DNA of 64,000 nucleotides from an uncultured Verrucomicrobiae bacterium (lineage in GTDB: Bacteria > Verrucomicrobiota > Verrucomicrobiia > Chthoniobacterales > UBA10450). A model generated the notes under the pieces. The model did not search any database. It worked only from the letters and a program-made list of their open reading frames with translations, and had not been told where the DNA came from. A program made the translations under genes and the position numbers. Location of the stretch: the NCBI GenBank assembly GCA_963772365.1, contig CAVYXA010000001.1, positions 704,001 through 768,000 on the forward strand. The letters are read 5' to 3'. Below are positions 1-13,454 of the stretch, one piece after another; within the stretch, counting starts at the first letter, position 1, and every line of letters starts with the position of its first letter.

Positions 1-3000
1 GGACCGGACTTACAACTTGAAGTGGCGGCGCTTTACCGGCTGCCTTGGGTTCCGTATTGGCGAGGAGTGGTTAAGTTTCTCGGAGCGCATTCCGAGAAGG
101 TCATAGAGCTTGCGCCGGAAGAAATCGCCGACGTTTGTCTTCTTTGGTTGTCGCTTCACGGGTTGCTTACTTCGGGAATGAAAGAGGCGGCGCAGCTCGC
201 GGTTGATAGCGCGCGCCGTCTGTACCGCAGTGGAGAACGCTGGCACGGCAGTCATCGCCGCCACCGCGATGTCTCTCCCGAAGAGAAGATCTGCCAGGCT
301 TTGCTCGCGGCCGCGCCCGAGATGCCGACTGAGGTGGGCGAACTTGCGCTCAAACTCAGTGGACGACGACATCCTGATGAAGAAGACAACTTGCCGAAGG
401 ATGACGAAAGGCCGCGGTCGAGATCACTCACGCATTCTTACGGAGCGCTGAAGCCATGGCCGGAAGGCCCGCAATGTCGCGGTGCGGAAGTTTTCCGCAA
501 AGCGTTTCTGAGTGGCAATCACGCTACTCCGTTTATTCGCACTCTTCCTGAAGTCGCCGCCGAAGTGATGTTCGCGGTCTTGCTCAGTCTGCCGCGTGAG
601 GGTTGGGATCCCCGTGACCGAATGAGTGGCGATTTGGATGAGCATGGTTTTCAAGGCGGCGATTTTCGTTTTCAATCGCCACTCTGGATCAGCGGCCCGT
701 TTTTGCATTTCCTTCGCATCAATCCGGCCGTCGCGCTGCCCGCAATCATTCGGTTGGTGAACTTTGCCACCGACCGCGCCTATGAATTGGGCGAGGACTA
801 TCGCCAGCACGTGGAAGTTCCGGTCACGATCGGCGGGCAAACGCATTTGTGGCGCGGTCATCAGTTTTCCTACCTTTGGCCACAGGGGCACGTCTTCGGT
901 CCCGACGCGATCGGATGCGCGCTGCTCTCGCTCGAAAAGTGGTTCTATTTATTGCAGGATGAAAAGCAGCCGATCGAGGAACATATCGCGACCATCTTGC
1001 GCGACAGTCGCTCTATCGCTCTGGCAGCGGTATTAATTTCTGTCGGCAAACGACAGCCCGATCTTTTCCTCGGCCCGCTTCGCCCGATGTTGGCGGCGAT
1101 CGACTTTTATCTGGATCGAGGAATATTTGCACAATCGAGCGGAAGGCGGCTATCGGACTTCATCCTTTTGCGAGCGATCCGAAGCGATTGTCGAGGTCTG
1201 GCGCGAATGGGTTCACATGCCGCACCGCAAAGAAGCATTCGGCAGTCTCGCCTTGCGCAAATTTCTCAGCGATCCGAAATGGCGCGAAGCCATCGCCGAG
1301 CTAAGGCAAGATCTGGCAGACGAGAATTGAAGCGGCGACGCCGGAGAATCCTGCGCCCGCTTGGCTGCCACGAATCGCGTCGCAGTTCGATTTACAGAAT
1401 TGGCACACCGAGCAGCGCGAGAACGATGTGCTGATTGCCTACGATCCACCGTCGAGTTTGCCTCGACCGACGCCGGAGGAAATGGAGCGCTTCAATCGGC
1501 TGCAGCTCCTAACCTTACTGCCGTTTCAATGCCGTCAGGTCTTGATGGGCGAAGCGGAATGTTCCGAGAAGCAGATGATGGAATGGTGGTCGCAACTGGA
1601 ATACTGTGCGCTCGCTTTCTCCTGATGAAGACGAGCGCGGCTTCCGCGATGTTGAGGATGCGCTTTGCGGAATAGTCGCCGTTGCCGTGGTAAAACATCG
1701 CCAGTGGCTTGCCGCTGATCCAGCGCGCGAGAAAGAGGCGTTGTCGATCTTGGCAGCGGTCGGTCGGCAGCCGCCAAAGCCATTCTGGTATGTGGAGGAC
1801 GACACCACTGATTTCAAATGGGACAGCTTCGCGGCCTGGGCGTTGACAACTTTGTGGTGCGAGCAACCCGATGATCCAATGTGCTTCAGGCGGTCGGTGC
1901 GCTGGTGTTATGGGATCGGAATCTCGTTGTCTCGCGAGTGATGGCCATCGCTGCCAAACATCGTGAAAGAGCTCGGCTGCACATTTTGACCGGCTCTGGC
2001 GCACACCATTCGTTATGCGCCCGCGCGACATCGAGCGCGGATGGAGCGCCATCTTCCCGAGAAAACATTTGATCGCGATGCATGGGTAAGCGCGCATCTG
2101 GAGAAATTTGTTTCAGGAAAAACAGAGCCACTTCCCAAAACTGGACGGAGTTGCTTGAGCTCGAAGCGAGTCGACGCCGAAGATCCGCGCGTCGACCGCG
2201 GCTCAGATATCGGACATATGTGCGCCGCCTTAGATTGGGCGGAGGATCTTTCCGACGCTCGCGATGCGGGAGAGCGTCAGCGATGGTTGAATTACCATCG
2301 GCAAATTCTTCTCTGCACGTTGACACGCATCGAGGAACTCATCCGATCACAGGCGCCGCCAGAACCATCTTATGATGTTCAACAATATTGGCCCTATGAT
2401 GACGAGCGACGAATGTTAGAGCGAGTTGCGCGCTCGTTGCCCGTCTGGCTCCGGGTGAAGACCATAAGGCATTGTGGGAGCCCATCCTTGCTTTGGGTTG
2501 TCCAGGTGGACGATGGGTCGACGCTTTTATCGGCCATTGGTTGATTTATGCCGCTGGAGACGAAGAACCGAGTCCATCATTTCCGGAGCAATGGCTTGCC
2601 ATGCTCACCTACGCGGAAAGTTCGCCGACGTGGAAGCTGCGAAGTCGCAGCCCTTCCGCATCACGCGATCTCTGGCACGAGCTGCTTGGTTTTTCGGTTT
2701 ACTCCAGCGACTTCTGGAACGAAAAGCTCGCCCCTGCCGTTGAAGCTGCGCGCGAATTCCATGAACGATGGGCTCGCGCGCACGTCAGCGACGATGACGA
2801 CGCACGTTCTTTCATCCAATTCCTGATGACGCCGGCCGGGCGGCGTTTGCGCGTCGATGGCTTGCATTTACTGCACGAAAAAGTTCCGATCGATAACCAA
2901 TATTTTTGGAACGAAGACAGCATCCGAGACGCCTTCGCCAGATTTTTGCGGCTCCTACAGCAAGAGCATTGGAACGAGATTGCGCACAATCACAGCGCAA

Positions 3001-3134
3001 GAGATGCGTTCATGGCTTTCGCCCTAAAGCTCGGCGCATTACAGCATCCGCTCGGCAGCGAAGTACTCGACGCTCGCCGGAAGCCGTCTCGGGCAGGAAG
3101 CGAACGCATAACACATTGTTTCGACCGCCGGTAG
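1..3134 (+). CDS. Large helical-repeat protein, C-terminal ~1000 aa, 5' end outside window; possibly the sensor region of a STAND/AVAST (Avs4-like) NTPase; split by several frameshifts
   Basis: Consecutive overlapping + ORFs (22-1434, 1127-1330, 1428-1625, 1606-1941, 1881-2072, 2041-2544, 2472-3134) form one Trp/Leu-rich protein. Segments such as GPFLHFLR...IIRLVNFAT...ALLSLEKWF...SRSIALAAVLISV resemble, from recall, Avs-type C-terminal regions. No NTPase motif lies within the window. Confidence 0.45.
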
Positions 3135-3151
3135 ATAATCGACTGACTACC

Positions 3152-3972
3152 ATGGACGATGATCTCCAACTTTACCGTCTTAAATTCGACAAGGACGCAT
3201 TCGCAAAACTGCCACAGGAAGAGCAAGTCTTTTTCATTCAATTGGGCCAAGTTGCCAACGACCTCCGTCACGTTTTCTTTCTTTGTGTCGCCGCTGAGAA
3301 AGGGACCAGATCGGATTCTTCTGACGAACGTAAGATCGCGCTTCACCAACTGCTCTTCGGCGTCCGCCTGGTTTACAGCATCCTTAATGAAGGCTGGAAA
3401 GTGATTTCGGAACGATGGAGCGAGAATGCTCTCGGCAAGCGTTGGCATCCTCAGCTTAGCCAAGAAGCTAAAGACTCTCTCGCCTTTCTTGGCCGATATT
3501 TTTCCAAACGAATCTGACTCGGACGATTCGCGACCATTTTGGCTCTCATTATCTCTCCGATCATTTACGAGAACCCCTCTTGCATGTGCCAAAGGCGGCT
3601 GCCGAAATCATTACCGGAAACCACAACGGGAATGTTTTTTACACCTTGGCAGAAGAGGTCCGGGCATTGGCGATGTTGCAATTGGCAGCGGAGCCGAGTG
3701 GTCCGAAAATTTGGGACAAGCAAGCGTCAGAAAGCGACATCAGGGCGGCCGCCGTCCGGCTGTACGAAAGTTTCAAGCCGGTGCGCGAAGCATTCGATCT
3801 ATTCGCAAACAATGTGCTCATCACGGTCGTGAAATCACTGCCGCACCGCACCGAGCGTTTCACAGCGCCGGCCGTCACCAACTTCTATGAGATGCGCACG
3901 CCGGTGTTCGTTGAGGAGCGTCCTTCGCACATTAGAACAACCGCCGCCACCGCAGCAAAACCGCAGAATTAG
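3152..3972 (+). CDS. Hypothetical protein with a HEPN-like R-x5-H motif (IRDHFGSHY); one frameshift near 3510
   Basis: ATG at 3152 (MDDDLQLYRL...). After a frame change near 3510 it reads NLTRTIRDHFGSHYLSDHLREPLLHVPK into ORF 3580-3972. Confidence 0.5.
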
Positions 3973-4013
3973 CTTCAGTCGGGAAAAACAATGCGGTCGG
4001 GTCCTCCGCTCGC

Positions 4014-4350
4014 TCATCCCATCGAAGCCAGCTTTGCAAAGCCGGACTTGAACGCCCCCACCAGCGTGTCGATCTCCGCTTCGGTCATCGGCGTGGAGAA
4101 CACGCACGCACCCGAGCTGATGATGATGCAACCTTCGTTGTAAAGGTGATCGAGCAACGCCTTGAGTCGGCGCGACTCGTCGGGCGTCGGGTAGGCTTCG
4201 CGGTAATTTCGTGGAGGCGTCTGCTTCATGTGCACCAGGAACATCGAGCCCGCCCCGGTGACGCTCGCGGGCGCGCCCGTCGCGCGGATCGCGCTTTCGA
4301 TGCCGTTCCTGGCCCGATCGGTCAGCGCGTTCAGGCGCGCCACCGCGGGT
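4014..4350 (-). pseudogene. C-terminal fragment of a class III (GSA-like) aminotransferase
   Basis: AVARLNALTDRARNGIESAIRATGAPASVTGAGSMFLVHM...STPMTEAEIDTLV parallels the C-terminus of HemL-type enzymes, including HemL at 48654-49937. The N-terminal and PLP-lysine regions are absent. Confidence 0.6.
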
Positions 4351-4359
4351 CGGTCGTCG

Positions 4360-4547
4360 CGAATTGGGGTCAGTCCTTTTTTCTTGCATTTGCTCCCCCG
4401 CGGTTTTCCATTCGGAAACACGACGACGGGCAGTCCGGAGCGGCGACTTTCCGCACGCAGCTTCCGAGCCACACGCACAAATGCTCGTTCCGCCCGGGCG
4501 ACAAATGCCGGCGGCTTCTTCGCCCCCTTTGCTTTTCTCGTGCTCAT
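4360..4547 (-). CDS. Small basic protein, likely partner (antitoxin-like) of the zeta-type ATPase; reads through into the aminotransferase fragment
   Basis: ATGA overlap with the ATPase stop. MSTRKAK...AERAFVRVARKLRAESRRSGLPVVVFPNGK resembles the small genes that follow zeta/AAA_33 ATPases. Confidence 0.55.
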
Positions 4548-5121
4548 GAATCGATCAGTTGCCGGGCGAAATCTATATCATCGTTGTTGCTGGTGGCGAG
4601 TCGTTTCGCTTTGATCCCGCGGCTGTCCCAGATCACCCATCGCGCGGACAGCGGAAGGTAGTCTTTCACCAGATGCGCCCGGCTGCGCTTAAACCGCCGG
4701 CGGATATCGGCGACCGGAACGTCGTGACCGCCCATCCGTACGCGGCGGCGGACACGGGTGATCGCCTGCTCCGGACTGGCCAACCAGAGATAATGCAGTT
4801 CCAACTCGTAGCCGCGCGCCAGGGCGGATTCGAAGATGTGGATGTAAGTCTTTCCGCTCAACGTGCTCTCCAGCGCGAACGTCTCACGCCGAGCGATCGA
4901 CGAACGGACTTCGGTCAGAAGGAGGCGACCGGCTTTAAACTCCCCGGCGGCGGGATCGAGTGGTGACAAGCCTCGCGCGATTTCATCCGCATTATAAAAG
5001 CGGAGGCATTTCACCTCGTGCGGCAGAAATTCCTTCGCGAAGGTGGTTTTGCCCGCGCCGCCTGCTCGCGAAAGCGTTCGGAGTTGCAACCGGCGATGAC
5101 GTAGATGGTGGGGGCAGGCAT
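4544..5121 (-). pseudogene. Zeta-toxin/AAA_33-family P-loop ATPase disrupted by a 23-nt insertion in Walker A
   Basis: MPAPTIYVIAGCN[insert]GAGKTTFA...NADEIARGLSP...ESTLSG...RVRMGGHDVP. Removing 5061-5083 gives a 555-nt ORF (184 aa) with an intact GCNGAGKTT. Confidence 0.85.
5061..5083. repeat. Micro-insertion, family A (CCTGCTCGCGA-n-TCGGAG)
   Basis: CCTGCTCGCGAAAGCGTTCGGAG sits inside Walker A; related copies at 6622-6642 and about 55360-55383. Confidence 0.8.
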
Positions 5122-5194
5122 CGATTGTCGATCTTAGCAGAAAGTTCGTTTCGGCGAGACGCCCAAACCCACGCCCGAGCCGGGCGCGCTACCC
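5119..5194 (-). promoter_or_regulatory. REP-like element plus putative extended -10 promoter (TGCTAAGAT) 9 nt upstream of the ATG
   Basis: 5119-5170 is near-identical to 5916-5969. The minus strand reads ...CGAACTTTCTGCTAAGATCGACAATCGATG, with no Shine-Dalgarno. Confidence 0.5.
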
Positions 5195-5347
5195 ATTCGA
5201 ATAAATCTCCGCGCCTTTCTCGACAAATTCGCGGGCCTTGTGTTCCATGCCTGCCCGCAATGCTTCGTCCTCCGACAGTTTCTGTTCTGCGGCGAATTTG
5301 CGGACGCCCTCCGTAATTCGCATCGAGCAGAAGTGGGGACCGCACAT
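5189..5347 (-). pseudogene. thiC: thiC 3'-end relic (copy 3, 52 aa)
   Basis: Translates [52 protein letters not shown], matching the intact ThiC C-terminus [51 protein letters not shown]. Confidence 0.92.
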
Positions 5348-5381
5348 GATTGAAGAAGTGACGAGTGACGAGAATAGATGT

Positions 5382-5663
5382 CTACACAGGTGCGAGATCG
5401 GCGGCGACGTAGCGAGTTTGATTCAGCACGGCGTCGCTCGCTTCGACGGGAACCTGTTTGATGAGTTCGCGGATGCTGAATTCCTGCTGGCCGACAACTT
5501 CAATACCGATCACGTCGCCGTTGGCGTCGAAATCAAGCATAACCAAACCCTTATCCGATTCATGCCGCTCGGTGCGCGCGACTTTCGCATCGCGAAGTCT
5601 GATGTATGCCGCGGTGGCTTCCGTGTCGATCTCCACCACCGGTGGCTCGGTGATCGGAATCAC
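5382..5663 (-). CDS. DUF2283-family protein (putative antitoxin)
   Basis: [13 protein letters not shown]...[16 protein letters not shown] is the DUF2283 pattern; GTG start at 5663. Confidence 0.8.
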   Translation of the reverse strand: MIPITEPPVVEIDTEATAAYIRLRDAKVARTERHESDKGLVMLDFDANGDVIGIEVVGQQEFSIRELIKQVPVEASDAVLNQTRYVAADLAPV

Positions 5664-5670
5664 AAAATCT

Positions 5671-5915
5671 TTATTCTTCTTCCCCGTATCCGGTGATGAT
5701 CTAGCACTCATTAGCTTTTACTTCGGCTACGACAACGAGCATCTACCTTCAAACGCGCGGGAGAACAACCAGATGAAGCCGCCATGGTTTCCCTTGCGCG
5801 GCGGAGTCTTGAGAATCGATGCAGGCTGGTTAACGCTCAGCATTGCTTGCTCGACGGTGAAGCGGCGTTCGCGAGCGCGCTTTTCGATGTGCGCCGTATC
5901 GTGGAACGTGTAAGC

Positions 5916-5918
<3 letters not shown>
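5671..5918 (-). pseudogene. DUF4258-like (RelE/BrnT-type) putative toxin with frameshift and internal stop
   Basis: MAYTFHDTAHIEKRARERRFT... (H-x3-R-x2-R pattern). It continues in another frame as MLVVVAEVKANEC*IITGYGEEE* and lies upstream of DUF2283. Confidence 0.6.
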
Positions 5919-6774
<856 letters not shown>

Positions 6775-6802
6775 TCTCTTTTTGTTTTTGCAAAATGTGA
6801 AA

Positions 6803-6878
6803 CCGCAGCGTGCCTGTCACCCGTTGGAGACAGGCGGCGCTTCCTGCTGCGTTGAACGAAGCGACTGGCACGCTGCGG
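6803..6878. repeat. Palindromic element at the 5' boundary of thiC relic 2
   Basis: CCGCAGCGTGCCTGTC ... GACTGGCACGCTGCGG inverted repeat. Confidence 0.6.
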
Positions 6879-6902
6879 AAACAACCTCATTGGTGGACGT
6901 GA

Positions 6903-7325
6903 TCAACTAAGATCACGGCGATAATTGTGAGCACAATTGAAAAAATAATTTGGCCTGCGGTCCAAGCTCGGTTTAAAGGGCAATTGTCGGGATTTGGTCG
7001 ATCCTTTTCTGTCGCCGTCCCTTCTATACGCCTTAGATAGTACTCTGAAGAAGCTCTGATCGATCGCGTGCTTGCGCTGTAGAGGAAGAATACAACACCA
7101 GATCATTACCGGCAGCAGACCGAGCACACAAAATTCAACGATCCGCACGGCGAGTCTATCGACGATGACTTTCCCAGACAGAAATGCCGCAACAATAAGA
7201 GCTATGCTGCCCCAATAACCAAGCAGTAGCTCCCATTCTACTTGCGCCGATTCTGAAAAGCGGCCTGCGAAAGCTTGGCCAGTTCGACAAATTCTTGGTT
7301 CGAATTCATTGCGCTCGGATTGCAC
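6903..7325 (-). CDS. Possible small membrane protein (uncertain)
   Basis: ORF with two hydrophobic stretches; no recognisable family. Confidence 0.25.
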   Translation of the reverse strand: MQSERNEFEPRICRTGQAFAGRFSESAQVEWELLLGYWGSIALIVAAFLSGKVIVDRLAVRIVEFCVLGLLPVMIWCCILPLQRKHAIDQSFFRVLSKAYRRDGDRKGSTKSRQLPFKPSLDRRPNYFFNCAHNYRRDLS

Positions 7326-7990
7326 TAACGGCCGCTTCCCGAATTAAATTTCAGTACCTCTTCCCAGATGATCGCGCCGTCTGGTGTGCAGAAGTCCGCG
7401 ATAAACTCACCGGTGAACCGCGTGATGACTTTCGCATATTCAGTTTGGAATGCTTCGTTGCGCTCTTTCGCCTGGTGTCCAAGCGGCTCGATGATGTCGA
7501 TGTACAGATTCGGATTGCCAGAAATGAACTCCCAGAATTGCTGACCGCAGAGCTTCAAATAATCTCCTTGATCAGCCACGCGCGTTTTGCCGTAGCAGCA
7601 TCCGTTCACGGCGATAACTTTTTGCCGTCCGATGTTTGTTCCGAGGATTCGCTTTGCCTTTCGGAAGTTGTCCACCATTCGTCGAATCTGGCTGGCGTTT
7701 CCCCAATTCGGACCGGACTTAATCGAGACGATGTATGTCATGTCCTTTTTCGTGAACTCGAGATCGATTCCTTCGGCCGAGGACTTGTGACCGCGATAGA
7801 CGCGCTCGCAGATGAAGCGCGCCAGACCTTCGAGAAAACTTCCGAAGATGCCTTCTTCTTGCGAAGACAGATATGCGTCTAAGAAACTGCGAACGAGTTC
7901 CGGGCCCGAAACGATGTTCTTCGCGCGAAACAAGTATGGATTCTTGCGCGTGATGACATTCCGCAGCTTCAGCTTTGTAAGGCTTTCAAG
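7325..7990 (-). pseudogene. PmeII/EcoO109I-family type II restriction endonuclease, 5' truncated
   Basis: RKNPYLFRAK...AYLSSQEEGIFGSFLEGLA...GIDLEF...SIKSGPNWGNASQ...LCGQQFWEFISG. The frame opens right after a TAG at 7991-7993 with no start codon; the usual N-terminal segment is missing. Confidence 0.75.
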
Positions 7991-7996
7991 CTAGCG

Positions 7997-8182
7997 TTAT
8001 GAATGGATGTGCTGCTGGATCGCGTTCTCGATCGCTTGAAACCAATCGATGTAATCGCCCACCGAATTACCAACCGCTGACACTTCTTCGTCTGTCAGTT
8101 CACGTTCAAGAACCTCTTTAGCGACCTGTTGTAAGTCGTCTATGGATATTTCGTAAACGGTTCTTTCGATCTCGCTCTTCAT
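7997..8182 (-). CDS. Small acidic hypothetical protein
   Basis: 61-aa ATG ORF packed between the HNH and REase genes. Confidence 0.65.
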   Translation of the reverse strand: MKSEIERTVYEISIDDLQQVAKEVLERELTDEEVSAVGNSVGDYIDWFQAIENAIQQHIHS

Positions 8183-8197
8183 AACATTAACTGTAGA

Positions 8198-9175
8198 TCA
8201 TTGATGAAAAACAAATTGGCGATGCCACCTAATTGAATTGATGTGCGGATATACTTGTCGTCTCGTAGGCAGTCGAATTCCAGTGCTGTTTCTCGTAAGT
8301 GCGCGAATCAATTCGTAGTCGCCTACACGCCCGAAATCTGATGGTAGGTGAGAAAGCTTCGACGAAATGCAGATTTTGTAGTTGTCGAGCAACGCAAACC
8401 AACCGACGTCAAAAGCCCAATGATGAAAGCGGCATAACGCAATTCCGTTAAAGAGATCATCTCGACCGAAGGAACCATGAGGAACAATGTGCGCAGCCTC
8501 GACCTCCCAGCACAATGAATCAGGCGAATTTATCTTCAATGCGCACACAGCGCAGCGAAAGTTGTAAACTTGGATGACCGCTTGTCGAAAGCCGCGAACC
8601 CGCAGCGCAGTTTCCCTTATGGTTTTGACGAGTTTTCGGTTCCTATCGAACGGCTGATAATTTTCCGGCCTGCGAGTATCGAGAAGCTTCTTCACAACCT
8701 TCTGGACTTCGAATGATTTGATCGGCAACGATGCTTTCTCCACGACTGGTATGTCCGAAATCCTCAGCGCCTCGTCGAACCCCTTTTCGGTCAGCATCCA
8801 TTCTCTTTTCTGCGTTAGTTGAAACGTTTCCGTGGGCCGCGAAACAAAGCCTTGGTTCGCGAGCGAATCAGCAGCACGAAAAAGCAACCGATGCCAGAGG
8901 AGAGCTTTCTTAAGACGATTCTGTTTGCGATATATGGTTTCAAGCGCGGCAGTTCGCTGGCCTTCGTTCAACTGAAATTGGTCAGCGATTTCATCGACAA
9001 CTTGTTGGCCAGCACCGAACTCTTTGACAACTCCGCCATGTTTCAAAAGCGTTCGAAGAAGGACGCGTCCGACTTCTGTTCGAGTCGGCATCGCCAACTG
9101 CTCGAGCATTCTGCTTTCGTAGCTCATTTTGGCATCCGCTATCGTTTCGCGATCGAAGTTGAAATCATTCGACAA
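8198..9175 (-). CDS. HNH endonuclease with N-terminal Mrr_N-like winged-helix region (putative restriction nuclease)
   Basis: FRQAVIQVYNFRCAVC...EAAHIVP...NGIALCRFHHWAFDVG...WHR is an HNH_2 motif; the N-terminal region ends in WMLTEKG. Confidence 0.85.
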   Translation of the reverse strand: MSNDFNFDRETIADAKMSYESRMLEQLAMPTRTEVGRVLLRTLLKHGGVVKEFGAGQQVVDEIADQFQLNEGQRTAALETIYRKQNRLKKALLWHRLLFRAADSLANQGFVSRPTETFQLTQKREWMLTEKGFDEALRISDIPVVEKASLPIKSFEVQKVVKKLLDTRRPENYQPFDRNRKLVKTIRETALRVRGFRQAVIQVYNFRCAVCALKINSPDSLCWEVEAAHIVPHGSFGRDDLFNGIALCRFHHWAFDVGWFALLDNYKICISSKLSHLPSDFGRVGDYELIRALTRNSTGIRLPTRRQVYPHINSIRWHRQFVFHQ

Positions 9176-9551
9176 TCTTGCCGTTGGTTGTCACGGTAAA
9201 AAACGTCCCACGCTTGGCACTCTGAGCCGCCGCGATAATATCCGGGAAGCATTTAACAAATTTGTACGCCTGAATCCAAAACTCGTAGTTTGTCCAACCA
9301 GGCTTCAAAAAGAAGGTTGTGTGTCCTGCATTCCGCCAAGCTTGGACTTCGTGCGGATTTCTACTTATGTGAATGTCGCCCGATATGATCGTCCAATCTT
9401 GCTCCGTAGCTAACTGGCTCATCCAAGTCTCGTCGGGTGTATTTGCAGCAAATCGATCTTTTAGATGCACGACCTGATGCTCAGGTTCGACGAGCGCGTT
9501 TAAGCTCTTCGCTAACTTCGGCGCGAGATTGTTATCAAGAAAGAATCTCAC
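9165..9551 (-). CDS. PIN-like (VapC45/DUF5615-type) toxin
   Basis: MRFFLDNNL...TPDETWM...IISGD acidic PIN pattern; overlaps the upstream DUF433 gene. Confidence 0.85.
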   Translation of the reverse strand: MRFFLDNNLAPKLAKSLNALVEPEHQVVHLKDRFAANTPDETWMSQLATEQDWTIISGDIHISRNPHEVQAWRNAGHTTFFLKPGWTNYEFWIQAYKFVKCFPDIIAAAQSAKRGTFFTVTTNGKIVE

Positions 9552-10276
9552 GCCGCTTTCGCGAGCGACTCTTCGTATTCAACAGCGTCACGCACTTCCT
9601 CTCGCTGGACCTCATACCATCGCGCGACCATTTCGACTGAGTTTGCTTTCACGCTACGCGCAAGTGTCGTGGCAGGAACACCGGATTTAGCAACTGTTGG
9701 CTGACCGAAGTTCCGACGGGGATCGACAACAATTTGTCGATCTTTGCCGAGGGGCCACCAAATGATTTCATCTCCAGAGAACTCGAGCTCCTTTAGAAAA
9801 TTCTGCACGATACGCCTAAACTCTCCTTGCTCAGTGACGAGATTTATGAGCGCTTCATCAGAATCCTCCCGCGCTTGCTTCAGCAGAATGTTTTTGCCGT
9901 CCGTTGCAATTCGCTTCGAGCAAAAGGGGTGTGTCGTCTGTAATTCCTTCTGAGCCTTGGTGTGCGCGCGGCGCATCGTCGTCCAGCTGACCCCTGCTTT
10001 GATGAATGCGTCAACGAATCTTAGCTCCAGCAAATCACGAAAACTGAGCGCTAGTTTGTCATCGATTGGTTCGATATCCATCTGCCAAACTGCTTCGGAA
10101 TGGCGAACTGATTCGCCACGGCGAAAATAGTACCCCTTAATCCAGCGGCGAATTTTACCCGCGGGTATGCGAGTAAGCCGTGCCGCCTCAGAGATGCTGT
10201 AGAGTCCGGTGTTCAGGAGTTTGGATCGTCGGTCGTGCACCGCTGACAATGAAGCCGGTGCCGTGCCTGAATGCAA
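9548..10276 (-). CDS. HTH + DUF433 antitoxin (VapB45-like)
   Basis: GLYSISEAARL...RRWIKGY; SFRDLLELRFV; IVVDPRRNFGQPTV...EEVRDAVEYE. Confidence 0.85.
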   Translation of the reverse strand: MHSGTAPASLSAVHDRRSKLLNTGLYSISEAARLTRIPAGKIRRWIKGYYFRRGESVRHSEAVWQMDIEPIDDKLALSFRDLLELRFVDAFIKAGVSWTTMRRAHTKAQKELQTTHPFCSKRIATDGKNILLKQAREDSDEALINLVTEQGEFRRIVQNFLKELEFSGDEIIWWPLGKDRQIVVDPRRNFGQPTVAKSGVPATTLARSVKANSVEMVARWYEVQREEVRDAVEYEESLAKAA

Positions 10277-10388
10277 TCCTGCTTTTGGCTCTGGGGCTCA
10301 CCTGGTCTGCTCCCCGCGCATAAGCGTCGAGCGGGACTCTACGTTTTTCGCACGCAGGGTGACCAGCGTCTAGTCGACAATGTCGATC

Positions 10389-12558
<2,170 letters not shown>

Positions 12559-12560
12559 GC

Positions 12561-12650
12561 TGGCTTCCCTGCGTCGGCATTACCCGCATCAGGTTCAAGG
12601 GGTCGTCCATCTCAATCGCCGGACCTCTCAGCCATTCAGCTCCCCCGCAA
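12561..12650 (-). ncRNA. TPP riboswitch
   Basis: Minus strand GGGGGAGCTGAATGGCTGAGAG...CCCCTTGAACCTGATGCGGGTAATGCCGACGCAGGGAAG matches the THI-box consensus; upstream of thiC. Confidence 0.95.
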
Positions 12651-12801
12651 TCGTAGCTACGCTACAGTGACGAGTGAGGGGTGACAAGTGACGAGTGAGA
12701 CCGGGACTCGGCTCGGGAAACCGGAAGACAGAACTAAGAGAGTGCAAGAACAACGCGCATCGATGGGACGCGCGTTGTTCCGCAAATCGACGAGTGAAGC
12801 G

Positions 12802-13272
12802 CTATTCCTTTTTCTGACCTTCCGTCCCCATTTCGGTACTAGCTTGTTTCACGTTGGTGTGGAAAATCGCAATCCAATCACCACTACTTCCTTTTTTATG
12901 CCAGATAGAGCCAGCGTTGAATGTGCCGGAGGCGTCTTTGCCATCGTAGGTTCCTTCCACTTTAACAATGTAACTGGCAACAACGATGTTCGGCCCGTCG
13001 GAGGTAATCTTGTAATCGCTGATCGCGAACGATTTCATGTCCCACTTCTGCATATCGGACAATTCTTTCGCCATATCCGAGATGCCGTCGTCGTAAACGC
13101 CGACGAAATTGGCAGACACGACTTTTTTGAAGTCATCCGTCTTTTTATCTTTGAACGCCTGCCACGCGGCATTTTCCTTGGCTTCGAGCGCAGATTTGTC
13201 CGGCATTGCAGCAGATGAAATGGCCGTTGCCGCCAGGAAAACAATCATCGTATAAGCGATTTGTTTTTTCAT
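12802..13272 (-). CDS. Secreted NTF2-like (DUF4440) protein
   Basis: Signal peptide MKKQIAYTMIVFLAATAISSAA; ends in the W..IFH NTF2 pattern; AAGGAA RBS. Confidence 0.8.
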   Translation of the reverse strand: MKKQIAYTMIVFLAATAISSAAMPDKSALEAKENAAWQAFKDKKTDDFKKVVSANFVGVYDDGISDMAKELSDMQKWDMKSFAISDYKITSDGPNIVVASYIVKVEGTYDGKDASGTFNAGSIWHKKGSSGDWIAIFHTNVKQASTEMGTEGQKKE

Positions 13273-13454
13273 AGTGTTCCTTTTGTTGAGGTTAGCTGAC
13301 ACAACACCCTGATACCTACGGGCGAACGTGGTCAAGGGGAATCCAAAGGGCCGAGGTCGTGATTCAAACAGAGTCCGGCGAGCCGCCGCGCCCTTTTTTT
13401 CAGCAAAATGGGAACTTGCGACCGCTCGCACATGTGATAAAAATCGCCCCGTTC

